Notes: a model not told the origin generated them from the sequence alone. A stretch of 63,994 nucleotides of DNA, filler included, from Basidioascus undulatus (GCA_000826855.1; 4 parts of 4 records of this genome joined end to end with filler, not necessarily neighbours in it), one strand, 5' to 3'. Counted from the whole stretch's first letter, positions 1 to 13,790 are shown. Translations and numbers: made by a program.

Positions 1-1037
1 GTCCGCGGCGGCCTTGGCGGCGGCCGCGTGGGCGGTGCGGAGCTCGTCCTCGGTCATGGTGAACACCCGGACGCGCTTGACAAGCTGGCGGAGGTCGGCG
101 AGGGAGATGCGCTGGGCGGAGTCGAGCGTGAAGATGCGCTTGAGGATCTCGTTCGTCTCGGCGGAGATAGGGAGGATGGTGCGGAGGAAGTCCGAGTCGT
201 GCGCGTAAGCGCAGAACGTCTCGTCCGTCGCGCACGCCTGCTTCCACGGGTTGCGCCCGCATGTGAGGTTGACGAGAATGACGCCGAGGGACCAGACGTC
301 GTTCCGGAGGGTGGAGTAGGAGGAAAGGCGGTCGAAGACGCCGCCTTGGCACTCTGTGGACAGGCAGACAAGGGGTCAGTGACAACGGTTGGAGACCCAC
401 TGCGCCCTGCGCCCGATCAGAACCCCAAGAAGAGCAGAGACTCACCAGGCGACATGTAGAAGGTGCTCCCGCAACCAAAGTCGGCGCTCGCACGCTCGTG
501 CGTCGCAAGACCAAAGTCCGCGAGGAGGACGTTCGCGCCGCCGTCGGTGCAGAGGATGTTCTCGGGCTTGAGGTCGCGGTGGTAGATGCCGAGCTCGTGG
601 CAGTACGCGACGGCGTCGATGATTTGGAGAAAAACGTGGCGGATGAGCTCGTCGTCGCCGAGGTAGCGCTGGCGCTCGGTGATCATCGCGAAGAGGTCGC
701 CGTCCTCGGCGTACTCGAGCACGACGTACACGGTCGTGTCCGTCTCGATGACGTTGTGCATCGTGACGACGCCCGGGTGGGCGCCGGCGAGGCCGTGGAG
801 GGTGATCTCGCGGAGCTGGAAGTTGCGCTGGCGGGTGTCGAGCCCAGTCTTCGTGAGGCACTTGACGGCGTAGTACTGCGGCGCGTGCGGCGGCGCGTAG
901 ACGTGTCGGGCGAGGAGGACGGTGCCGTACGCACCGTAGCCGAGGACGGAGACGAACTCGAGCCGGCCATCCTCGATCGTGGTGCCGATGAGAGCTGCGG
1001 CAGACGCGGCGTGCACGGGCGGGGGCGCGGTCGACAT
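1..1037 (-). CDS. Ser/Thr protein kinase, Ran1/Pat1 (Sks1/Vhs1-like) family; 3' end runs off the window
   Basis: Exon 1 (1037-446) has LGYGAYGTV, YAVKCL, HRDLKPEN, DFG and GCGSTFYMSP. A GT-AG intron at 445-354 joins it in frame to ECQGG...NDVWSLGVILVNLTCGRNPWKQA, typical of Ran1-family kinases. Confidence 0.92.
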
Positions 1038-4000
1038 GGAAGGGGAGGCGCTCGCAGGCGGGCGTCGGCTGGTCGATCGTGAGGACGGGACTGTCGGCGG
1101 GTGTGTGGGAGAATTGGGAGGACTCGAGGAAGGGTAGTGTGTGCAGGGAGGGGTAGATGTGGTTGGAGGAGCAGGAGTGTCTGGAAGGGTGCGGTGCGGG
1201 CAGGTGATAAGTACGACGTCGCCCACTGACCGGAAGCAGGTCAACCGAGGGATTTGAACTGAACAGACCTTCACGGCGCAGACCTAGTGGCCGGGAAGAG
1301 TGCAGAAATAGCAAAGCGAGGCGGGTCTCGTTCGAGTCTTCGAAAGCGCCAGGTCGGAGTCGTAAACGGCAGGGCGGTCTCAGACTGTGCCGGGTGCGGA
1401 ATGGGAAAGCCTGGCTGGGTGCGGATGGGTGTGCGCGGCCCTGATGGAACTTGGCACTCGACTGATGGGTAGAAGTGGAAATAATACAGACAAATGCGGC
1501 GGGGGGAGGGGGCGGGCGCGGGCACGAGGAGGAGGATGAGGGCGTTGATGGCGGTGGGACGAGAGCGGTTGAGAGTCGCCGAGAGCGGACGGGCGGCTGC
1601 TTGGAGTCAGGCGCAGGCAGGTCGATCCTTGCCTTTCGCGGGGCCGAGTCGGAATCCAAGCACGCGGTGCGGAGCGAATGCGAACGGCCTCGACGCCTCC
1701 GAACTCTCTTTCCCCACACAAACTCATGGCCAAGCGCGCCGCCCAACTTCAAAAGCAAAAGCTTATTATGCACTCTATGCCGTTTACATTCTTTTTCAGC
1801 ATTAACAAACAGTGCGATGGTACAGTGCTCTTGAATCGCTTCCCACCAGCAGCCTGAGCCAGCCCGCCACAGCGTTAAAAAGTGTACAACTTATCCCCCG
1901 CTCAATCACTTGCTGACTGTCGTTAGCTTTCAACCCTCTGCAGCGCCTGCTGATGCTCCTCCCAGCGTGCAATTAACCACACGCGCTTGATTCAGCTGGG
2001 CCGGTAGAAGTTGATTTCCCAGCAGCTCATGATCAGCAGAAGCCCATCCAGGCCCACGTTTGCATCCTCCCAAGCTGCAGTTCTGCATGAAGCGTTTCAG
2101 CCACCACGCAATCGGCAACGCAGCGTGATAACAAACAGAAGACACGTCTGATACCCGATCATGAACAGCCTGCCCGCATCCGTCAAAGCTGTCGACGACG
2201 ACGGCCCTGTCCGAGATGCATCCAAGACGCGTCCTGCACTCCTCCCACGCGCTTGCTTTTCTGTACCTCTTTCCTTCCACTCCAAAGAATACATCCTCAC
2301 CTTATCACTTGCCCCTTTCGTTCCCTTCCCCCCTCCGTAATAGACGATAACGACGGAAGGAGTGTCACCGACCCTTTTTGACCCTTCGCTGCTCGCTATC
2401 GCGCAACCCATCCGGCGCCCACCGCAGCTCGCGGCCTCATCCTTTCCTCACTTTCACCGCTATCAGCATCGTCCGTTCGCTCACCTCCAGGCTCCTTATC
2501 GTGAAACGCATGCTTCCTACATCAAATCGGCCGTGCTCTTCTCGCTCCAAATCTAGCATCATTGGAAGCGACGAACGGGAACGGAGATAGAAGGATGGGC
2601 GTGCCCTGTCCACGCTGTCCCGCGCTGTCGATCTTCCCCCCAACCCTTCACGCTGATGGGAAGTAGCAGGGGGAGGAACGCACGAAGACCCGTCTCGATT
2701 AATTCAGAACATTCCGTGAATATTGCGCAAGTCTCCACCAATAACCTCAGGTCCTCAACAGTACCGCTGATCTACGCATGCAACGCTGCACAAACAACTC
2801 CCCGGCCCGTCAACAAGTGTTCTTCGTTCGTCCCTCTCCCAGCGTTTCACAACCACTTCCGTGACCCCCACCTCCTTCCCAAACGGCTCTGTAACAAACA
2901 TCCCTCCATGTTCTTCCCATAAATCGCTGACTCACAAAGCCACTCGAAATGAATTTAGTGATCAGTAGGTCGACAAATTTATATTGCGATCTGTTTGAAC
3001 CGAGAGTGGACCAACCTCGTATCGGCCATCTTCAACGAGCATTGTGTCGGTGTTCCTTGGAAGTGCTTGCTTCAAGACCTCCGCCGTGGTTTTCTGATGA
3101 GCTCAAAAGTTAATCCGCTGAATAATCTAAACTCCCTTTTGACTCTTATTCAGGATCTTCGTACCGGGGCTGTTATAGTGCGCTCTTTCACTGTGATCTG
3201 CGCTCTGCCTCCGATGCTAACTAACACCCAGCCTTTAGGGCACCGCTGTCCATCAGCGCCAATACATATGGCCAGATACAACGCTTCCTCCCCGTAAAGT
3301 ATCACCAATTGAGATCCATTGAAGCAAGCAAACGGCTGCAGGCGGGGGTTGTCCCCACTCGGGCACCGTTGGCGAAGCAATGAAAAGCCTTCCTTATAGT
3401 TGCTAACTGCCGGACATGCTCTTTTCTGGGGCGAGACACAATGCCTACCGTATCCTGAGAAGATCGGAAAAGACGAACGCCCCATGTCAAGGAAAAAAAA
3501 ACGTCGGGCATGGCCTTCTAGTCAGATTACTTGGCGGGATCTTCTCTTACGAAGGTCGAGATTCAATGTCGTTCAGAATTTTCACAGTATAAACTGCCAA
3601 GCTAGTGACGGTTGCGCGTCACAAAACGAACCGACGCTCTGTATGAAGCTGCACGACGCACACACCCAAGCTCTCTAACTTTGAGCTCGAGGCTCCCCCA
3701 CGGCCGTCGAATTAACTTACAGTGTACAACATAAACCATGTCTGACCAGGATCTGCAGAAGAACAAAGGAATCGCGCACGTGTCCAAAACGTGAACGTAA
3801 ACCCAGGGAAGAGGGTTACAAGAGCAGCGCGGTGCCGCTTTGCTTCCGCACAGCTTTACTCATTGAAACCAACTCCCTTCCCTCACTCAACGGACGAGTG
3901 AACCCCCGCCAGACAAAACCCCCACCAGAGAAAAGCCCACACCACCACCCTGATCCAGCATGCCGCCGGCGGTCCTGACGAGAAGAGCCGGCTCAATGGA

Positions 4001-4979
4001 GCTCGGCGACCCGCTGACTTGTTGAGTTGACGTGCACTGCCTTCTGGTCTGGAGGGCCCAATCTGCCCCCAAAAGGAAAATCTCCTGAGTGAATAGCGTG
4101 ACGGGTTATTTCTGGTGTGGTGAATGCTAATTTTTCACCGCGCAAGCTTTCTCCAGTCCATCAATAATCACGCCTGAAGGACTCGACCGTAGGCCGGAGC
4201 CCAACCCGCCTGAGCTATGACTGCGGCACAATCTAAAGAGCCCACTGCAGTCCTGTCCATGTCCATGGCATGGGTACAATAAGCGTACCGCTCAAGCACT
4301 CAAGGCCGCTTTCATGCGAAGTGTGTCAATTTCCCCGCACAATTTCATGAGGGCCAGTTTCATGAGGGCGGAGACGGCGCGGAGGCAGCGCAGCACGACG
4401 CCACCTGGCGCAATCCGCCTACGCGAGGCCATGTGCCACAAGCGTGAGCTACGTTGTCTTGCCTCTATCGCGTGCGCTGTCTTGGCTGCCCACGTGGCAG
4501 TAAAACAGCTGAACGCTGATAACGCTTGGCTGGGACGGCCGCGCTACCCTGCAAACACCTTTCAACGGCGTACGCGTGCCCCGATGGATGTTTGGACGTC
4601 TAAGAAAAGGCTGAACGATGGCACAGGGACGGTCGAGGAATTTTTAACAATCCCAGAAGCCATACTTATGCATGACTGCGTTCAAATTCATGTAAACCCA
4701 GGATCTGCGCTGAACGAGAACAACTCTCTCTAACCCTCGGGAAGTCGAAAGGCTTCGATAGAACATCCGGATCGTGCACCGACAGCCAGCGCCGCTGTTG
4801 AACGTGCACTGGGAACACGGGCTTGTTCCTCCTGTGCCTTCCAAGCTTACAGGAACTCCCGGAGTGCGCCTATATCGACAAGCGAAATGAGTCTTTTGGC
4901 CCTCTTCAGGGGGGTGTTCCCTTCAAGTCATGAATGCCCCCATCGGACCGCAACAGAACGTACACCCCAGAAACCAAGA

Positions 4980-7215
4980 GTCAAGACCCAAGGGTCAGGT
5001 TGTAGTGCTCTGTCGCTGACACCGGGACTTTCTCGTCGCTCTCCGTGCGCTTGGTCATGGCCGGCATGTCGTGAAGCGCCTCCTCTTTTTTGCGGCCTCA
5101 CGTTCCGGCGATGCTCTCCCGCGGTAATAATATCGAAGATTACGTCTAAGAATGCATTTTCAGACTTAGCCCACTCCATCAGTGTCGGTAGGGAGTGCAG
5201 ACGTGCCCATCTCTTCGACAGAACGTCCGGTGGTCTCCGGCAGGAAATAGGTCAACACTGCTCATGGGGTAAGCGCATGCCAATGACAATGAGAGGGAGA
5301 TAGGCCTTGTCAACCATTCCGCCCATGTTCAAGGTAGCGAACCTATGAGCTGGCCTCTCAGCGATCCGCTCATGAATGGTGATGCTGCATAGACTGTGGA
5401 TCCTGACGCACATGATGAAGAGCTTCCACCCGAAGGGTAGGCGTCATCTTGGAAATTCTTTTGAAGCACTAGGAATAGTCAGCAGTTGACTTGAAAGTGG
5501 GAAGAACTTGACGTACACAAAGTTGAACAGGTATTGCGAAGCAGCGGCCGATGCCAGGCCGTAGTGACGCGTTGCCGTCTGCAATGTCACATCGGGTGGC
5601 TTCTTGTGTACATAATGTGTGTACTCACGCTGAATATGTCAGAGCAGAAGATCCAGGGCCTGGAAAGAAGCGCGGTGGTTCATTGAGGATCCATGCCTGC
5701 TATTGGGAGAACAAGGTCACGGTCCACTCCACTCAAACGGGCCCAACCGACCACGAATACACAGCTGTGTGGGGAATTGAGCAAGAGCCCAACTCTTATT
5801 ACGAATTCCCTCACCATAGATGTATATAAGGGCGGCCCTGGGAGGTGGAGGAGTCAACGACAAGTAGCACATTGCGTCTTGCTGGTACTTACATGGCTTT
5901 ACTGGCAGACGAGGTCTGTCCGCCAGCAGACGAGGTCTGTCCGCCAGCAGACGAGGTCTGTCCGCCAGCAATCGGAAGATGCGTCTTTTCGATTGCCCCT
6001 GTTGTAGGTAGGCGTTAGGTGGGCAATGGTGAGGAGGAAATGGGCTCTACCTATGATGTAGAATGAGTACCGCCATCAAGATTGCTCCGACCAGCAGAGA
6101 GTTGCGATGCCCAAAGCGCTCAATACCGACCATGACAAAGAGACGGTGGTTCCGGTGCGACTTGTGAGAAGGAGCATTTCAGGTAAAGCTTATATATGAA
6201 CAGCTTACATGACCTTTCTGCAGAACGAGAAAACACACCCTGAGCACTCTACGACACGCCCTCTCTGATGGACCTTCGACTCACATGATACCGTAGCCAC
6301 CTGAGGCCAGCAATGACGTTTTTCACCATCGAAACAATCGCAGAAAATATTTTCGGGGCATGGTAAAGGCTGTCAGTATTGAATCATTCTTGAATGGTGA
6401 ACAAGCAGACCGCACTCACGCCGACCGAGTTCTGCGGCAAGTGGAACGGTGTCAGCTAGGCAGTCTGGACAATAGCCAGCGCACCTGGCAAAAGAATCTG
6501 GGGGAAATGACAAGTGAGTCATTCAGAGGCATACAGCATACGGTTGCATCGCGCCACTGATTGTTGAAGCAAGAAAACGAGGAAGGCGATAAGGAACCTG
6601 AAGGCGAACAAGGTGAAGTGCAATTAATTTGTGGTGAAAAGCGCCAAGGCTAGAAGGACGGACCGAACAGGCTGGCCTTTCGAGGTGAACTATACAAAGT
6701 GGGTTCGAGACCACCATCCCAGCTTTTGGAGAGCCACATATGACTCAAAAGAAGTTGAGGCCTTCTCGCGCCCGACTCTCTTCTTCGATGCTGGCTTCAA
6801 TCTGTAGGTTGCAGTCAGCAAAGCCTAGGACCAGAAGCCTTATGAGCAGATATATATCTCGGAATATTCGGCGATGACACGCTCGTGGTCCGCAGGGAGG
6901 TTACGAATCCACGCTAGCTTGAGAGCTTCGGTGTTGCGGCCAGTGCGGGCCAGCCAGCGAGGTGATTCCGTAACCGTCGGTATCATGATGAGGAGGATCC
7001 CGGCAGCTAAAGAACGATTTTTTAGAGAAGTCTGGAATGTCTGAAGCTGAGGAGCACCTACGAATAAGCTGGACACCGAACGGAATCTATAAAGGTTAAA
7101 GGCTCAAGTCAGCATTCGGCAGGTAGAGGAAGACGTGCAGAATCGGCCGTCTCGTACCCGCCAAACGATAGGGCTTTCAGATTCGGTAAAATGCTGGGAG
7201 ACACCGTAGTTCGTC
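4980..7215 (-). pseudogene. Degenerate MFS sugar porter (quinate permease-like), 5'-truncated
   Basis: Ordered fragments: YWTNYGV..WRV, IPFGVQLI, TESPRWL, QNSVG, APKIFSAI..LLASGGYG, GIERFGHR, PWIFCSDIF, TATRHYGLASAAASQYLFNFV, FLPETTGRSVEEM|DVIF. Several frameshifts and an in-frame TGA (EGLNFF*). No recognisable N-terminal helices upstream of ~7215. Ends approximate. Confidence 0.8.
5905..5970. repeat. Perfect 21-bp tandem repeat x3 (GCAGACGAGGTCTGTCCGCCA)
   Basis: Three exact copies at 5905, 5926 and 5947. On the minus strand it reads AGGQTSS x3 inside the transporter pseudogene. Confidence 0.95.
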
Positions 7216-9497
7216 CAATAGCTGAGCGCCACTCAAACAACAGTTGTGACTTGACTGTGGTTTGGTCGGGGGAATGTTACTTTGTGTTTCCAATCCAGCC
7301 TCGTTTGATCGTTTGCAACGCACAAGATGCCGCTCATCCTAGCAGTGTAAAGAGCGGATGCCCACGGCGAGCGCGAGGCACGTCGACAGGGCGGAGACTT
7401 CCTTGCCGCTGCGGACGAGCTCGGGGTGCACGAAGACGTCCCTGATCGACGAGATCGGGGTACAGAGTACAAACGACCCCGCGAGATTTCTTAGGCCGAA
7501 GATAAGAGCGAGGAAGTTGTAGAAGACCCGGTCCTGGACGGCCAGCGGCGGAAACGCTGGAAGCACATGGGAACGTTGGCAGATCGAGAGGGCCCACACT
7601 TCAGAACGGATTCTTTCTTGCTCCCCTCAGGGAAGATACGGCTTTTCACTCACTGTACGGCGGCATCTTGACTTGCGACAGACCATTCTCGCCCCACTTT
7701 CCAATCTTGTCGGTGCTCCTGATCTTGCTACAGGGGGGCTTAATGATGAGAGGGAGCTCTGTGGCGGCAAACGAGAGTGGTACGCACGAGTTGATTTGAG
7801 CTTTAGAATGCTGAAGAAGAGTCGGGTGGCGAGGCGGAGGAGGAGGTGATGGTCAAGAGCAAGGTCAAGAGCAGGTACGGTCGAGAGCGAGCAGGCGACG
7901 TGCGGAAGCGAAAGGCGCGGCGACGCGACACGCGACCCCCTTTGAGCTTGTTAGCCTACATAGACGTTTCATTTCCGCAAGCACATGGGGATGCAAGCAC
8001 ATGGGTAGGTAGGTAGTTGAGAAGGTCTTGCAGTTCTGAGTTCCGACGCACAAGACAACCGCACTCAGGACAGTTGCACCATCTGTGGCCTCTTTACTTA
8101 GCTGTCTGTTTCTTTTTGATGAGGTTTCAAGCTTTTAACACTAGAAGGTATCTGCCTAAAAGCAGAATCTAACGCAAAAGCCGTGAGGGCCTAGGACAGT
8201 CACGAACACACCCGTACGTTTGTCCCATGGTCCAAGATTTGTGCACTCACTCGTTCCTATGACTTTTTACTGCAAAAGCACGGGTTTAAGTTGGCATATA
8301 ACTACCATGCCTAGGGCGGACACCCTTCTGAGCCGACTGTGAGTATCTCGGGATGCAGGCGGATCGGACCTGCACAAAAGTCACAGCCGTCGGGTTTTCA
8401 GGCTCTTTCTGTACCCTTAAACACAGGCTGTAACAGCTTTAAACGGTGTCTTCGCCTTGCATACCCAATAAGCAATCCATCATGCATGATTCTATCATCG
8501 TTTTGAAACGCACGCACACACCTTAACGTGCACCAGCTACTCCTTCACCCAGTCGACTGTACCAACTGAGCCACGGACTAGATAGCACTGCCCCAAATAA
8601 ACTCATATCGAGTCTCTGGAAGAACAAGACCTTGATGACCGCTGTTGTTCCATCAATGTCACCGACATCCGCGAGTGCTCGTCCGCAACGTAGGAGCCGC
8701 ATCGAAGAAACAGCTTCGGATGGAGCTTTGTGTCATCGGAAATCTTCAGAAGAAAAGTTTTTGGCTGTGTATGGAGACTACTTAGCGATGTTCTGAATCT
8801 GTCACATACCGGCATCATCCGGTCGGTTTCTGCGAGTGGAAATATAGTTTTCCTGCAGGCCTGTTGCTTGCTGCTCATGTTGCATTTGAATAATATCCTT
8901 GAATCCCGGAGAAACCAGAGTTTTGAATCAATTCTGCGGCTATTCCAATTGCGAGACTTAGCCATCCAGCCTGACTTCCCCGCTGGAATAGAAGGCGGAA
9001 GGAACGCCGTCGCGTCGCGCAACGCTGAAGTCGGACCTGCCGTCTACCAACACACAATTGATCAGAAGTATACGTCCTCCTATATTCATAGAGGATTTTA
9101 TAAGATGAGAGTTGACTCCGAAAACGAGGATGTATTTGCGCGACATTCGCTGAATTATCGTGCCGGTCCAGTCCAACATCCGCTACGAATATGCAACGCT
9201 TCTTGCTTGTCCTTCCGTCAATCTTCACCCCTTTACCCCTCCTTTCCTGCCTCCTGCGCTTTATAAACCATAATAATTTCGAACGTGCTCCTTCGTAGCA
9301 TCAAGTCCCGGGGAGAAGTCGCTGTCGCGGACCCCATCTCGGCGGATATTGCAATTGCGCTAGCTAGCGGTACTGATTCCGCGAAAGGGCTGGCGGGAAC
9401 CGTCACAGCTACTTGGCTGGAGGAGGCGATGGATGAGTTGGATAATTACGGGTGCCGTTAGTCTCAAATATATTTAGGCTAATAATTCAGACAGTTC

Positions 9498-10725
9498 ATG
9501 AGCATACCATGTCCACAGGAACCGGCAATCGGGGTTTCCGCCCCTCCAGCGTCCCACGCTCTCGAACGAGCCCTCACCGCCATTCCCCAGCTTATGCCTC
9601 TCAAGCGGGGGCCCGAAACGCTCGATCGAGACTCCCCTTCGGCCTCGCCTTCTCATATCCTTGCTTCTTTTCCGGCCCGAGTCCACGGCGACGAGCATTA
9701 CTTCGACGTCAGCGGTGGCAGCAGCCCGCTCTCGTCGCTCCCTCGTCGCCGGAGCTCAGTTCGTTAATTTCAACCCCTTTCAAGATACCGACCTTGGCTT
9801 CTCCAGCGGATTGGAAACTCCCTTCATTGCAGCTGGACCCTTTCGGGCTTCGGCAGGCTGACCAGGCATCTCAGAGCCCATCGCTGTCCGTTGACAGCGC
9901 TGCGCCACTGCCCTACTGCCCCACGAGGCCCATCATGCGTGCCGTTTCCTCAACGACCTCCCTGTCGGGCTCGGATCGTCCTCCCCCAATCACCCCTCCT
10001 TATGGGGATTGTGCCCGCTTTCTTCGACAACGCTTCCGCAGCTGACCGCGCAGCCGACCAGCGGCCATCTTCCTGAGCTCATCGGGCGTCTCCCCCCTCC
10101 TGCGGTCGGCCCCCCGCCCAAGCGGCCTCGGAAGAGCTTCAATAATTTCTCCCAACATGGGACGCCAGCCCCGTCGACATTCTCATTTGCTATAGGCGCC
10201 GCCGCTTCCGGTGCAGACGTTGCGCTACCGGTTCCGTCGCCTATCGCGCTTTCGCGCTCTCCCAGCTCGACTGCCATCCTTCCCTCCTCGAGCGAGATGA
10301 GCGCCGAGGAAGAGAGCCCCCAGAGCATTCCCACTCCCCTTGTCCAACCTCGACGGCGATTCGTATCTGAGACTGGCGAGCCACTGCGCGTGCATGTTTC
10401 CTTCGAAGTCCCTTCGCGCCAGGCCATGCTCGACGCTCTTACCGTTCGTGTTGTTTCACACCACCCTTCAGAGAACATTTCAGAAACTCAGTTTATACCC
10501 AGGTCGCCGTGGTCGGCGCAGGCACCCTGCTCGCCCACCTCAACAACCTTGCGACTGCCACGCTCGTCATGGTCAACCCGCTCGCCGAAGCGCTTAGATT
10601 CGCTCTTCTCAACATTTTCGGATGGGATGTGGAAGTTCAACTCGTCCGGTCGTACCAGTGGGTGTAGGAGTGCCTTGAGCGTGGGCAGCTTGTTGTGGAC
10701 GTGCACAGTGGGAGCACGGCGGTGA
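9498..10725 (+). CDS. Possible Ser/Pro-rich hypothetical protein (structure unresolved, may be degenerate)
   Basis: Successive S/P-rich ORFs (9498-9767, 10009-10725) with a basic PPKRPRK patch. No family motif recognised. Confidence 0.25.
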
Positions 10726-11948
10726 TGGATGAGGGGTGCGAGGCAGCTGTGGAACCGTGCGTCGTGGTACTCTTGAAGTCGAGATTGCAATTGAAGCTCA
10801 ATTTTCCAGAAGTTTGAGCCCAGGTCGAGGTCGGAAGCGCTCGCGGGTTCGTCATGCTCAGAACCCACTCAGCCGTACGTGCCTCAAGTATGTTGAGGTT
10901 CGACGGATAGTGCTCACGCTTTCATGTTTCCCTCTGCTAGCACCGGATCTATCCTTCAACCACTCAATACCGCCGACCTCGACCTCCTAGCAACTTACCT
11001 CGTCGCGCACGGCGGGACAGGAGCACAGCGCTGAAGGCGCTGGTGCAAGACGTGCGTACTTCCTTTTCACCCCGGAATCTTCCTTTCGTTTAAAAGACTG
11101 AATAGGGAGGACTGGGATTACATGCAGCACCCGACAAGGAGCGAGAGCGAGTGGCGTCGCTTGAGCGTGCGAGGGAACAATTGGAAAGAGGTGACCCGGC
11201 GCATGGTCAGGTTCAAGACCGTCGAGCGGTACAAGGCGCTCGAGGCAGCTGCACCTGGGAATGAGACTTAATGAGGTTCTGGAGCTATATATCGTACCAT
11301 CTGCTTTACTGCGTCTTTCTTGCCCCGAACGCCGGTTGGCACTCGTAAAATGGGTCTGTTGATGCGACCCTCTTTGATCGCAATGGAACTGTGTGTCGGG
11401 CATGCTCGGGAATTTCCAGACATTGTGTAAATTACACCTCACCTTTTTAAGACAGGGTGGACGAGGTGAAAAGATTGGACATAGTTCTGGGTTGGCTGCG
11501 ATTCTGTAAGGCGCAGGGCGTGTACATCAAGCATCCCCAAAGCAAAAACCTACCTATCTGTACGTATGCCGGTAGCTGGGAGTTTTCGTTCCTTTTATGA
11601 CACGTAAGGAGCTCACAGTGACAAGCGTACTAGAATAGTGAGTTTCCAGTTACTTGAAGGGCGAAGCGACGTCCGAGATCCACCTCATCCTCGGCTACTC
11701 CAGTTAATTAAGACCAGAGTCCCGAGGTCAGGAAGGGTCGAGGGGGTACCGAAGAGCTCTTCATAACCTTCCTCAAAAGGGCGCGCGATAGTCGACAGTT
11801 GTGTTGGGTTGCATAAACGACGACAAGCTCGCAGTGACCGGCAAGACATGTCATTTCATGGGTCGTTATGTCGTAAAGGAGGATATCAACAAAAAGAAAA
11901 GAGGTAAAGACACACAAATCGAAAAAGCCATCCAGCACCCCATTTCCG

Positions 11949-13290
11949 CTATCCAGCTACCGTGGCACCACCGCGCATCGCGCTCTTTCCTCCCCTGCGT
12001 CCAGCCTGCCGGCGCCGTCGACCCTTCCCCCTGACTGCAGACCTCGGGAGACGCCCCTCCCGGTCTACAGGGATCTCCCGGCCCGCGGAGACCGCGACAC
12101 GTCCGCTCTCGGGGTCCACGTCACCCTCCATCTCGCCCATGTCCGACTGGTCGCGCTTGCGAATCAACATCTCGTCGAGGCGGCGCAACTCGTTCTCAAT
12201 GTCCTAGGAAGGGTATAGGGTGGGGATTAGGGCACGATGTCAAGATAGCTGATCATGAGCGAATGAGCTTACGTTGGCGAGCTTCTTCCGAGCGCGACGA
12301 ATTTTCATGTCGTTGTGAGCTGTTGGGACAGCGCAGCGTCAGACCGCAACGTAGTAGCAGAGAACCACGGCAGCTACTCACATTCGACCTCATCGAGCTT
12401 CTCCAGCAGGTTGAGGAGTCTCTGTTCCATCGGGCAGTGCATGAGTACGACCTTACATCGAAAGTCACGTCGCAGCAAGTACCTGCTCGAACGTGTGGAT
12501 CGGTCTGTTACGAGCCGTGTAAAGCAGCTTGCCAGACGCGGGGTCGAAGTCGAGAACGTCCGGTGGCTTGAACTCATGACGAAGACGGCTGAGCTCGCTG
12601 TGGTGGTCACGCAGAAGCGCCCACGAGTGAAGCCGGTGTTGCTGCCCGTGCAAGGGTGGACAGCGTAAGTGGAGATCTGCAGGACCATGACAGGAAGACG
12701 CACATTCTGCCGGAAGAAACGTTGCTGTGGTCAAGTTTGTGTCAGCGAAACTCCCTTTGAAACTCCTATAGATAAAACATGCTCACAATTGTCCTCGCAG
12801 GAGCGTCGTCCTTGGGTACCATCGTGCGCGCCAGCGACGGCGGCGGCGCAGGCTCGGGGATGGGCTCGGGACCTGTCGGCTGGTACGCGGCGGGAAGCTG
12901 CCCCGGTTGGCCCCGTGCAGCGGTATGCTTACCGGGTGTAGCGGGCCTAGGAGTGACGGGCGTAGCCGGCCTCGAGCGCGAACGGGACTTGCTCTGGCTC
13001 TCGGACTTGAGGCCTTTCTTGCCCTGCCTGCGGCGCTGCGCCTGGCGGATGGACTCGCGCTCGCGCTCGCGACTTACAGCCCGAACGTGCGGGGAAATGG
13101 CCGGCTGGACCTTGAAGTCCCGCCCGTAGTAGTCGTCGAAGTAGTCGTCCTCTTCGTCCTCGTAGTCTGAGAGAAAACCAGGAACGAACGGGGAGAACGG
13201 ACGCCGCATGTACGAGGAGTGCGACGGCGACGGCGCGAAGTCGATGGGGCGCCTAGCGATGGGTGCGTCGATGTCGATGTCTGTGAACAT
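11949..13290 (-). CDS. BAG-domain Hsp70 co-chaperone with IQ-like motif
   Basis: Spliced exons read ...DDAPARTI|QRFFRQN|QHRL..SELSRLRHEFKPPDVLDFDPASGKLLYTARNRPIHTFEQ|RLLNLLEKLDEVE|SHNDMKIRRARKKLAN|DIENELRRLDEM. The LL.KLD.V..D..IR..RK pattern is the BAG signature. GT-AG junctions keep frame. Start codon uncertain. Confidence 0.8.
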
Positions 13291-13790
13291 AAGTAATGTA
13301 GTCTAAGGTGGTCGGATGTGCGTTGGAAGGAGAAGACCGCTCGCGTGGCGTCCACAAGGAGACGATTGCTCCCTATTAGGCTTCTTTAGCTTCGAAAGGA
13401 TGACAGGCTCATACACGTGATAACGATTGATTAAGTTGTTCTTGTCAGATCCATCTGCACCTTACCCCCCGCCTCTATGCCCATACGAATGCTCGTAGGA
13501 GTGGGGACAAGCTTCTCGCGTTCGAAAGATCCAGGCGTGGGCCGGCTGCCTTTGCCGGCCATCGTCGCCCTCATGTTGCTCGGCGCATTGATTTTTTGTG
13601 ATGAACAACACTTGTTATATATAATTGGGTTTAAAAGCAAGGCTGTCAAGGAGGGTGCTGTTTTGATAGCCGCTCTCGCAGCTTCGAGCGACAGAGCGAC
13701 CTCCAAAGCCCTGTGGACATCCTGCATCGTGCTGCTGCTATCGGAGCAGTGAGACCACAAAAAAAAAAAATCAGGCGCCGATAAGCCGTG

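Noticed and set aside
442..1773. 443-aa minus-strand ORF and similar long overlapping or antisense ORFs (e.g. 498-1082, 15021-15833, 55016-55807, 62886-63692)
   Set aside because: Shadow frames of GC3-rich real genes, with low-complexity R/P/A/S composition and no motifs.
4640..4800. DVLSKPFD...ILGL on the minus strand as a copia RNase H end
   Set aside because: Too short, with no adjacent RT/integrase motifs or LTRs.
5905..5970. Hairpin-containing 21-bp repeats as a CRISPR-like array
   Set aside because: No spacers, eukaryotic context, and the unit is codon-phased within a transporter remnant.
8600..9420. Overlapping 117-178 aa ORFs as a gene or transposase
   Set aside because: No recognisable motif or consistent exon structure on either strand.
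10488..10868. 126-aa minus-strand coding-like ORF
   Set aside because: Could not assign a family or splice structure, and it overlaps a competing plus-strand ORF.
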